From an uncultured Flavobacteriaceae bacterium (GTDB lineage: Bacteria; Bacteroidota; Bacteroidia; Flavobacteriales; Weeksellaceae): 64,000 bases of DNA. Position numbers and translations under genes: made by a program. The stretch is taken from NCBI GenBank assembly GCA_963519075.1, contig CAUQMH010000001.1, positions 26,438-90,437 on the forward strand, read 5' to 3'. The notes under the pieces were generated by a model, which worked only from the letters and a program-made list of their open reading frames with translations, was not told where the DNA came from and did no database searches. Shown piece by piece: positions 57,043 to 64,000 of the stretch (positions are counted from its first letter, which is position 1; each line of letters begins with the position of its first letter).

Positions 57043-58557
57043 TTATTTTTTTTGAGTTTCTATCAATTTCTTGATTCGTTCTATCGTTTTTTCTTTTCCT
57101 ATAATATTCATGATATCAGGAACATCTGGCCCTTTCAATTCTCCCACCAAAGCCAAACGCAGCGGCATCATCACTTTACCCATTCCTAATTCTTTTTCGG
57201 CAGCGAAATCATGAATAAGATTTTTAAGAACCTCTGATTGGAAATCCACATTTTCTAATTTCTGAGCAAACTCTGCAAGAAGTTCTCCTGTGGTGTCTGC
57301 CCACGCTTTTTTGATGGCTTTTTCATCATATTGTGCTGGTGCAGAGAAGAAAAACCGCCCTTGTTCATAGATATCTTTCACGAAAACCGCTCTTTCTTTC
57401 ATCAGTCCAATAATCGTAATCAACTTATCATCGCTAACTCCAGAAGTTTTCACTGCTTCTATCTCTTTAAGTAAAACTAGCAGCTCTTCATCTGTTTTCA
57501 TTTTAAGATATTGGCTGTTAAACCATTCGGCTTTTTCTTTGCTAAATCTCGCTCCAGATTTATGAACTTTGTGCAGATTAAACTCTTGAACCATTTCTTC
57601 TAATGACAAGATTTCTTTATCATCAGATGGCGACCAGCCCAAAAGCGCCAAGAAATTCACAAACGCTTCTGGGAAATAGCCTTCCTCACGATATCCTTTG
57701 GACACAGCGCCTGTTTCTTTATCAGTAAAATTCAACGGAAATACAGGAAACCCGAATTTATCACCATCTCTTTTGCTGAGTTTTCCTTTTCCTTCTGGTT
57801 TTAGTATCAGTGGCAAATGCGCAAATTCTGGTGCTTTCCAGCCCATTGCTTCGTATAACAATACATGCAGAGCCATTGACGGCAGCCACTCTTCTCCACG
57901 GATTACATTGGTAATCTGCATCTCGTGGTCGTCAATGATATTTGCGAAATGATAAGTTGGCATTCCATCTTGTTTCACCAAAACCTTATCATCCAGAGTA
58001 TCGGTATTTACACTGAAATTCCCGCGGATAATATCACTCAGCTCCATCACTCGGTTTTCTGGCATTTTAAATCTAACCACGAAAGGAACTTTTTCAGCCA
58101 AAAGTTTTCCCACCTCATCTTTCGGAAGTGCAATGCTGTTTCTCAGGCTGTTTCTAGTAACATTATTATAAGAAAAAACTTCTCCTTTAGCCTCGTATTC
58201 CAGCCTTATTTTATCAAGTTCTTCTGGAGTATCAAACGCCAAATAAGCATAATCCGTTTTTAGAATTTGCTCAGTATATTTATCATAGATTTCTCTTCTT
58301 TCAGACTGTCTGTATGGCGCATATGGTCCTCCTTTTTTAGGGCTTTCTACAGGCTGTATTCCTAGCCAGTCCAATGCCTCCATGATGTAGTCTTCCGTTC
58401 CCTCTACATAGCGGGCAGTATCTGTATCTTCTATTCTTAAAACAAAATTTCCTCCTTGGCTTTTAGCAAAAAGGTAATTGTATAATGCTGTTCTCACTCC
58501 ACCAAGATGCAGAGGGCCCGTAGGACTCGGTGCAAAACGAACGCGAATTTTACTCAT
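57043..58557 (-). CDS. gltX: glutamate--tRNA ligase
   Basis: 504 aa. RFAPSPTGPLHLGG (HIGH) and KLSKR motifs. Confidence 0.95.
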   Translation of the reverse strand: MSKIRVRFAPSPTGPLHLGGVRTALYNYLFAKSQGGNFVLRIEDTDTARYVEGTEDYIMEALDWLGIQPVESPKKGGPYAPYRQSERREIYDKYTEQILKTDYAYLAFDTPEELDKIRLEYEAKGEVFSYNNVTRNSLRNSIALPKDEVGKLLAEKVPFVVRFKMPENRVMELSDIIRGNFSVNTDTLDDKVLVKQDGMPTYHFANIIDDHEMQITNVIRGEEWLPSMALHVLLYEAMGWKAPEFAHLPLILKPEGKGKLSKRDGDKFGFPVFPLNFTDKETGAVSKGYREEGYFPEAFVNFLALLGWSPSDDKEILSLEEMVQEFNLHKVHKSGARFSKEKAEWFNSQYLKMKTDEELLVLLKEIEAVKTSGVSDDKLITIIGLMKERAVFVKDIYEQGRFFFSAPAQYDEKAIKKAWADTTGELLAEFAQKLENVDFQSEVLKNLIHDFAAEKELGMGKVMMPLRLALVGELKGPDVPDIMNIIGKEKTIERIKKLIETQKK

Positions 58558-58594
58558 CTTTTAAAACTTTGGGCGCAAAGATAAGAATTTACCC

Positions 58595-58626
58595 ATAAAA
58601 AATAACCACTTCTTTTTCAGAAGTGG
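58595..58626 (-). terminator. intrinsic terminator after the small secreted-protein gene
   Basis: Hairpin ccacttct / agaagtgg with a T-run on the minus strand. Confidence 0.55.
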
Positions 58627-58649
58627 CTATCTATGATAAACAATAAAAT

Positions 58650-58916
58650 CTATTTCTGTGGATTTACAGGATGTTCCTCCTTTTTATCCTCTGATTCCTT
58701 TTGTTTTGGTTGCTCTTTATCCACTGAAGGATGACTTACATTTTCAGGAACGGCAGGAACAGCATGTTCTGCTTCACCAGGCTGAGCTGATTTTTTAGGC
58801 GATTGTTTAGCCGATTTCTTAGAAGGCTCTACTTTCTTTTTTGATGGAGTAGACTGCGCATTTACTGCGAATGTTCCTAACGCAAGGAATAAACTTGCAA
58901 AAACTAACTTTTTCAT
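58650..58916 (-). CDS. hypothetical small secreted low-complexity protein
   Basis: 88 aa. Signal peptide (FAVNAQ) followed by a Lys/Pro/Glu/Ser-rich sequence. Confidence 0.45.
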   Translation of the reverse strand: MKKLVFASLFLALGTFAVNAQSTPSKKKVEPSKKSAKQSPKKSAQPGEAEHAVPAVPENVSHPSVDKEQPKQKESEDKKEEHPVNPQK

Positions 58917-59070
58917 AATTCTTAAAAATTTAATTGGTTACTAATATCAAAAACGATATTTTAATAATGATATTGCATTAAATTTATATTTTAACTAAAT
59001 TTTCATACTATTTAACATTATTTAACCGATTAAAACCTGATTTTTATTAAAAAAGTTGAATTTAGAGTTT

Positions 59071-59784
59071 TTATTCAAAAAGTATACTTGTGTCTTGTAA
59101 AACAGACACTGTCCCATCTTCACAACGGATAGCCTGCCCTGGGAAATTTTGTATCAAATGATAATCATGTGTAGCCATCAACACAGCACAATTTCTCTCC
59201 TCGGACACTTGTCTTAGCAAAGTCATGATATCATTAGAAGTCTCTGGGTCTAGGTTTCCCGTAGGCTCGTCCGCCAAGATAAGCTCAGGGTGGTTCAGCA
59301 AAGCTCTTGCTATAGCAACACGCTGCTGCTCTCCACCAGATAATTCGTGAGGCATTTTGTGTTTTTTGGTTTTCATTCCTACACTACTGAGAACATCATC
59401 TATTCTCTCTTCCATCAGGCTTCTATCCTTCCAACCTGTCGCTTCTAAAACGAAAAGAAGATTTTTCTCTACCGTTCTATCCATAAGCAACTGGAAATCT
59501 TGGAAAATAATTCCTAGTTTTCTTCTCAAATCAGGAATACGGGACACTTTTAGTTTTGTCAAATCAAAACCAACCACCTCTCCTTCTCCCTCACGGAGTG
59601 GAAGATGTCCATAAAGAACCTTGAGAAGGCTACTTTTTCCAGAACCTGTTTTCCCAATGAGATAGTTAAACTTACCTTTTTTTATGGTCAGATTAACATT
59701 AGAAAGAACTGTAAAATTCTTCTGAACTATTTTTACATCTCTCAGAGAGATGACATTGTCTCCGTATGTGCTTTTTTGTGACAT
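59071..59784 (-). CDS. ftsE: FtsE-like cell-division ABC ATPase
   Basis: 237 aa. Walker [10 protein letters not shown], signature LSGGEQQR and Walker [13 protein letters not shown]. No permease gene is adjacent. Confidence 0.65.
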   Translation of the reverse strand: MSQKSTYGDNVISLRDVKIVQKNFTVLSNVNLTIKKGKFNYLIGKTGSGKSSLLKVLYGHLPLREGEGEVVGFDLTKLKVSRIPDLRRKLGIIFQDFQLLMDRTVEKNLLFVLEATGWKDRSLMEERIDDVLSSVGMKTKKHKMPHELSGGEQQRVAIARALLNHPELILADEPTGNLDPETSNDIMTLLRQVSEERNCAVLMATHDYHLIQNFPGQAIRCEDGTVSVLQDTSILFE

Positions 59785-59810
59785 AATATTTTAAGAAAAT
59801 TCAATCCACT

Positions 59811-59849
59811 AAAATAAAAAAACTTCCTCCATTGTAATGACAATAGAGG
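59811..59849 (-). terminator. intrinsic terminator after mtaB
   Basis: 9-bp stem cctccattg / caatagagg. The mismatch becomes a G-U pair on the minus strand. A T-run follows on the minus strand. Confidence 0.5.
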
Positions 59850-61199
59850 TTAAACTTTTGTTAAAAATTCCTCAAAAGAACTAGAAACCACTACATTCCC
59901 TTCCTTTGAAATTTTTTCTAATTTCACTCTTTCTACTTTATTCACGGACTTTTCGTCATATGGTTTTTGAACTCTGACATAGTTATCCGTAAAGCCAAAC
60001 ATCATTCCGTTTTTCTCTTCATGCTCCCAAAGAACAGGCAGAACTTTGCCTAATTGAGTTTGGTAGAAAGCCATTTTTTTCTTCTCAGAAAGAATTCTGA
60101 GCATTTTATTCCTTCTCTTTCTCTCCGAAATAGGAACCACGCCCTCCATGCTAACCGCCTCCGTATTGTCCCTTTCAGAATATGTAAATACATGCAGGTA
60201 ACTGATTGGCAACTCCGCTAAAAAGTTATAAGTTTCCAAGAACCTCTCCTCGGTCTCACCTGGGAAGCCTACGATCACATCCACACCGATAGCTGCATCA
60301 GGAAGGATTTCCCTTATCTTATTCACTCTGCTCGTATAGAGAGCCGTGAGATAACGGCGTTTCATTTTTTTCAAAATCTCATCTGAACCCGACTGCAACG
60401 GAATATGAAAATGCGGCACAAAACTCTTGCTCTTCGCTACAAGTTCTATGGTTTCATCTTTTAGCAAATTAGGCTCTATGGAAGAAATTCGGATTCGTTC
60501 GATGCCATCCACTTCGTTCAGTGCTGTCACTAAATCCAAAAATGTATGTTCATGTTTTTTATTCCCAAATTCACCCTTTCCATAATCACCGATATTCACT
60601 CCCGTGAGGACTATTTCCTTAATATCCTGCTGGGCGATCTGCTGGGCATTTTTGACAATATTTTCTATCGTATCAGAACGGGAAATCCCTCTTGCCATCG
60701 GGATTGTACAATAAGTACATTTGTAATCACATCCATCCTGAACTTTCAGAAAGGCACGAGTTCTATCCCCAATGGAATAAGAACCTATAAAGAAATCTGC
60801 ATCTTCTATTTCACAAGAGTGAACCTGCGCAGAACTTTCGGACTTCCTTAAATCATCAAGGAAATTAAGCAAATTAAATTTCTCCTTTGCTCCTAAAACC
60901 AAATCCACGCCTTCTATTGCAGATATCTCCTCTGGTTTCAGCTGTGCATAGCATCCCAAAACCACCACCAGACCATCTGGATTGGCTTTCACTGCTCGTT
61001 TCACATGAAACTTGCACTCTTTATCGGCATTATCCGTTACCGAGCATGTGTTAATCACATAGACTTGCGCAGGGTCATCGAACTCCACTTTCTCATATCC
61101 CGCCCCTATAAGCTGGCGCGCAATAGTAGATGTTTCTGCAAAATTAAGCTTACACCCGAGTGTATGAAATGCTACTGTTTTCGGACTTGTATTTGTCAT
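59850..61199 (-). CDS. mtaB: radical-SAM tRNA methylthiotransferase, MtaB-like
   Basis: 449 aa. N-terminal UPF0004 domain (FHTLGCKLNFAE...NTCSVT), radical SAM CDYKCTYC motif and a TRAM-like C-terminus. Confidence 0.8.
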   Translation of the reverse strand: MTNTSPKTVAFHTLGCKLNFAETSTIARQLIGAGYEKVEFDDPAQVYVINTCSVTDNADKECKFHVKRAVKANPDGLVVVLGCYAQLKPEEISAIEGVDLVLGAKEKFNLLNFLDDLRKSESSAQVHSCEIEDADFFIGSYSIGDRTRAFLKVQDGCDYKCTYCTIPMARGISRSDTIENIVKNAQQIAQQDIKEIVLTGVNIGDYGKGEFGNKKHEHTFLDLVTALNEVDGIERIRISSIEPNLLKDETIELVAKSKSFVPHFHIPLQSGSDEILKKMKRRYLTALYTSRVNKIREILPDAAIGVDVIVGFPGETEERFLETYNFLAELPISYLHVFTYSERDNTEAVSMEGVVPISERKRRNKMLRILSEKKKMAFYQTQLGKVLPVLWEHEEKNGMMFGFTDNYVRVQKPYDEKSVNKVERVKLEKISKEGNVVVSSSFEEFLTKV

Positions 61200-61230
61200 A
61201 AATAATCTGAAAACCGCAAAGGTATGAAAT

Positions 61231-61971
61231 TTATCTAATATTGTAGGAGAGCTTCATAGTGATATTGGCTGTCTTCTTTTTAGAAGAGGTATTGAACGAG
61301 CCTCCCCAAGAATAGTCCTCCGAAGAATTCTGCGCGATAATTTGGAAAACTCCCATTTCAGATTTTTTCAAATCACCGAGTTTTGCTCCTGCGTTTTCAG
61401 CAATTTTTTCAGCACGAAGTTTCGCATCTTTGGTCGCTTCGGCTATCATTTTTAGTTTTAACTCAGCTAATTTAGTATAGTAATACTCTGGCTGCTCAGA
61501 GTACAGCTCCACACCAGAATTGATAAGCTCAGTAACTTGGCGGGAGATGTTTTCTATTTTTTCTACTTCTTTGCTCTCCACCTGCACATTTTGTTTCAGT
61601 GTGTATCCTGTAAACACTTCTGAACGAACATTCTGATACTCATCATAGGTTCTGTCAAAATCTTTAGAAATTCCCACTGAAGAAAACACGATTTCTTTTT
61701 CTTTCACGCCTTTAGACAATAGATAATTTTTGAGGGCATCTCTGTCTTTTTCCAGTGAAGCATAGGCAGTTTTCAAATCCGCGCTTTTCTTTGTAAAAGA
61801 ACTATTCCATACAATAAGGTCCGACTCAAAGTCCTTACTCCCAAGCCCTGTAACATTGATAGTGTCATTATTTGAGTTTCTATTTTTAAAAGCATTAGCA
61901 GCCAAAAAAGTAGAAAAAACTATTGCAACTGAAATGACAATCAGCCCGATGTGATTTTTTATTTTGTCCAT
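61231..61971 (-). CDS. SIMPL-domain (DUF541) protein
   Basis: 246 aa. N-terminal TM/signal anchor and a SIMPL-like pattern (INVTGLG...). Recognised from memory only. Confidence 0.6.
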   Translation of the reverse strand: MDKIKNHIGLIVISVAIVFSTFLAANAFKNRNSNNDTINVTGLGSKDFESDLIVWNSSFTKKSADLKTAYASLEKDRDALKNYLLSKGVKEKEIVFSSVGISKDFDRTYDEYQNVRSEVFTGYTLKQNVQVESKEVEKIENISRQVTELINSGVELYSEQPEYYYTKLAELKLKMIAEATKDAKLRAEKIAENAGAKLGDLKKSEMGVFQIIAQNSSEDYSWGGSFNTSSKKKTANITMKLSYNIR

Positions 61972-62054
61972 AACTATAAAATTTATTTTTTACATTTTAT
62001 AAAGTTATAAATATTATTTTGATACAAAATATTTTTCTATCTAAAAAATATGTA

Positions 62055-62062
62055 TATCTTTG
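62055..62062 (+). promoter_or_regulatory. -7 box TATCTTTG upstream of the OMP gene
   Basis: Exact TAnnTTTG match 33 nt upstream of ATG 62095. Confidence 0.45.
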
Positions 62063-62094
62063 TCCCTGTTTTAAAAATTTAAATTTTATTTTTT

Positions 62095-62610
62095 ATGAAA
62101 AAGATTTTAGCATGTGCGTCTTTATTTTTTGCTGTTGCTACAGCATCTGCACAAGGAACTTTGGAACAAAATAATGTACAAATTAACGCTGGAATAGGGA
62201 TTTCTAGCTGGGGGATTCCTGTAATAGTAGGTGTAGACTATGGAATTGCAAGAGACTTTACTATTGGAGCGGAAGCTTCTTATCGTTCTAAAAAAGAAAC
62301 TTGGTATATCTATGAATGGAAACACTCTGTTTTTAGTATTTCCGCTAATGGTAACTACCACTTCAACAGAATATTAAGACTTCCTTCTGAGTTTGATCTT
62401 TATGCAGGTCTTTCTGTAGGATACTATCACTGGACTCACAAATATAATGGTGATGGAGATTTCGTTTATAATGGAAATTACGCTTCTGGTTTAGGAATTG
62501 CTGCGCAGATTGGTGGTCGTTACTTCTTTACTAAAAACTTCGGTATCAACCTAGAAGGTGGTGGTGGTAATGTATCTGGTGGTAAAATTGGTATCACTTA
62601 CAAATTCTAA
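62095..62610 (+). CDS. small outer-membrane beta-barrel protein
   Basis: 171 aa. Signal peptide (ATASAQ), alternating Gly/aromatic strands and a C-terminal ...GITYKF. Confidence 0.65.
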   Translation: MKKILACASLFFAVATASAQGTLEQNNVQINAGIGISSWGIPVIVGVDYGIARDFTIGAEASYRSKKETWYIYEWKHSVFSISANGNYHFNRILRLPSEFDLYAGLSVGYYHWTHKYNGDGDFVYNGNYASGLGIAAQIGGRYFFTKNFGINLEGGGGNVSGGKIGITYKF

Positions 62611-62628
62611 GAAAATAATAAACCAACA

Positions 62629-62660
62629 TAAAGGAGATAGAAATTTCTATCTCCTTTTTT
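62629..62660 (+). terminator. intrinsic terminator after the OMP gene
   Basis: Perfect palindrome aaggagatagaaa / tttctatctcctt followed by TTTTTT. Confidence 0.65.
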
Positions 62661-62709
62661 AGTTATTTTATAAATTCTTTTTTATTTTTAGACCCTAAAA
62701 TCATAAATA

Positions 62710-64000
62710 ATGTCAAAAAAGGAAAAATTTATAGTAGAAACTACGCCTCGCTACACTACAAAAGGGCATTTCTTTACTCTAGGAAAGGGGATTTTGGATG
62801 GAGAAGTCATCCCTGAAGTAGATGTAAATATCCCTCTGCGAACCATCAATAGACACGGTCTCATCGCTGGAGCAACAGGAACAGGAAAAACCAAAACACT
62901 ACAAGCCTTCGTAGAGCAGCTCTCCCACCATGGCATATCTTCTTTGGTAATGGATATTAAGGGAGACCTTTCTGGAATAGCAGCCACAGGAGAAATGAAC
63001 AGCCGTATCCAAGAAAGATATGATAAAACCAAATTACCATACCAGCCACAGGCTTTCCCTGTAGAGCTAATGTCTCTCTCTGCGGAGAAAGGAATAAAAC
63101 TTAGAGCTACCGTTACTGAGTTTGGACCTGTGCTTTTGAGTAAAATTCTAGGGCTGAATGATACACAGACCAGTATCATGTCTATCGTTTTCAAATATTG
63201 TGATGACAAAGGTCTTCCTCTGATAGATTTAGAGGATTTGAAAAAAGTATTACAATATGTAACTGATAATGAACGAGGTAAAAAAGAACTTGCTGATGGC
63301 TATGGCTCTATCGCTCCTGCATCATTAGGCGCTATTCTACGAAGCATCGTAGCACTAGAACAACAAGGCGCTACACAAATCTTCGGAGAACCCAGCTTTG
63401 ATGTTTTAGACTTACTAAAAACAAGAAACGAAAAAGGTGTGGTAAACATCCTTCGTGTGGTGGATATCCAGAGCAAGCCTGCCCTGTTCTCTACTTTTAT
63501 TTTGTCTCTTTTCGCTGAAATATATTTAACTCTTCCAGAAGCAGGTGACCTAGATAAACCTAAATTGGCTGTTTTCATAGACGAAGCTCATTTAATCTTT
63601 AAAGATGCGCCAAAAGTACTTTTAGAACAAATAGAAACGATGGTAAAACTTATCCGTTCTAAAGGTGTAGGAATTTATTTCATCACACAGGTACCAGGCG
63701 ATATTCCAGAATCTGTTTTGAGCCAGCTGGGACTAAAAATACAGCACGCCCTGAGAGGATTCACCGCAAAAGACAAAAAAGAAATCTCCAAAGCCGTAGA
63801 AAACTACCCTACGAGCGAATTTTATAAAGCGAGTGAACTTATCCAGTCCCTTGGTATCGGAGAGGCTTTCGTGACAGCACTAGACGAAAAAGGAATCCCT
63901 ACTCCGCTGGTTCACACCTACCTCATCTCTCCAGAAAGTAGAATGGATATCTTATCGCCAGAGGAGATTGACAATCTCGTAAACCAGTCTGAATTGGTAA
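62710..64000 (+). CDS. HerA-like/DUF853 (YjgR-type) P-loop ATPase, 3' end outside window
   Basis: Absent from the ORF track because there is no stop codon in the window. My own translation from ATG 62710 gives MSKKEKFIVETTPRYTTKGHFFTLGKG...HGLIAGATGTGKTKTLQ (Walker A) and LAVFIDEAHLIF (Walker B). The frame stays open to base 64000. Confidence 0.8.
   Translation, partial: MSKKEKFIVETTPRYTTKGHFFTLGKGILDGEVIPEVDVNIPLRTINRHGLIAGATGTGKTKTLQAFVEQLSHHGISSLVMDIKGDLSGIAATGEMNSRIQERYDKTKLPYQPQAFPVELMSLSAEKGIKLRATVTEFGPVLLSKILGLNDTQTSIMSIVFKYCDDKGLPLIDLEDLKKVLQYVTDNERGKKELADGYGSIAPASLGAILRSIVALEQQGATQIFGEPSFDVLDLLKTRNEKGVVNILRVVDIQSKPALFSTFILSLFAEIYLTLPEAGDLDKPKLAVFIDEAHLIFKDAPKVLLEQIETMVKLIRSKGVGIYFITQVPGDIPESVLSQLGLKIQHALRGFTAKDKKEISKAVENYPTSEFYKASELIQSLGIGEAFVTALDEKGIPTPLVHTYLISPESRMDILSPEEIDNLVNQSELV

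Noticed and set aside
59071-59784. ftsE without an adjacent ftsX as an anomaly
   Set aside because: Separation of ftsE and ftsX is common in this phylum. The protein could also be a generic ABC ATPase.
62751-63578. Minus-strand ORFs of 152 and 92 aa from the track
   Set aside because: They are antisense to the DUF853/HerA-like gene, which I translated by hand and which carries Walker A and Walker B motifs.
1-64000. CRISPR arrays, rRNA or tRNA genes, and IS elements
   Set aside because: All intergenic gaps are under 400 bp and were read individually. None shows repeat-spacer periodicity, cloverleaf-compatible arms or transposase remnants.

Overview
The window reads as a low-GC Bacteroidota chromosome segment, probably Flavobacteriia of the Weeksellaceae/Chryseobacterium type. 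This assignment is inferred from SusC/SusD genes, lipoprotein and signal peptides ending in AQ or SC, and recurrent TAnnTTTG -7 promoter boxes. It is not a database result. About 60 protein genes are almost all housekeeping: rfbA, argS, rnhB, clpB, uvrC, pncB, tsf, accA, gltX, mtaB, a DPP4/POT peptide-use pair, nikR and an ECF sigma factor. By eye I found no rRNA, tRNA, CRISPR array, transposase or integrase. The dominant structure is a complete division/cell-wall (dcw) operon on the minus strand (11163-29094), in the order rsmH-ftsL-ftsI-murE-mraY-murD-ftsW-murG-murC-ftsQ-ftsA-ftsZ. The most unusual observation is that this operon is interrupted at three separate junctions by four non-dcw genes: a 2-TM/PH-like protein between ftsI and murE, a 181-aa orphan between mraY and murD, and a Cys-rich zinc-ribbon protein plus a RhuM-family protein between murG and murC. 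All four are packed at 0-13 nt spacing or with overlapping stop/start codons. None has a visible promoter, terminator or mobile-element scar. mraZ is absent. Other points worth a second look are a susC/susD pair in which both genes are frameshifted at C5 homopolymers, a cysteine-free endonuclease III, an orphan NikR with a promoter-proximal palindrome, an orphan promoter-terminator unit in the largest intergenic gap, and an orphan ABC binding protein paired with a SAM methyltransferase. All functional calls rest on motif recognition from memory. No searches were run.
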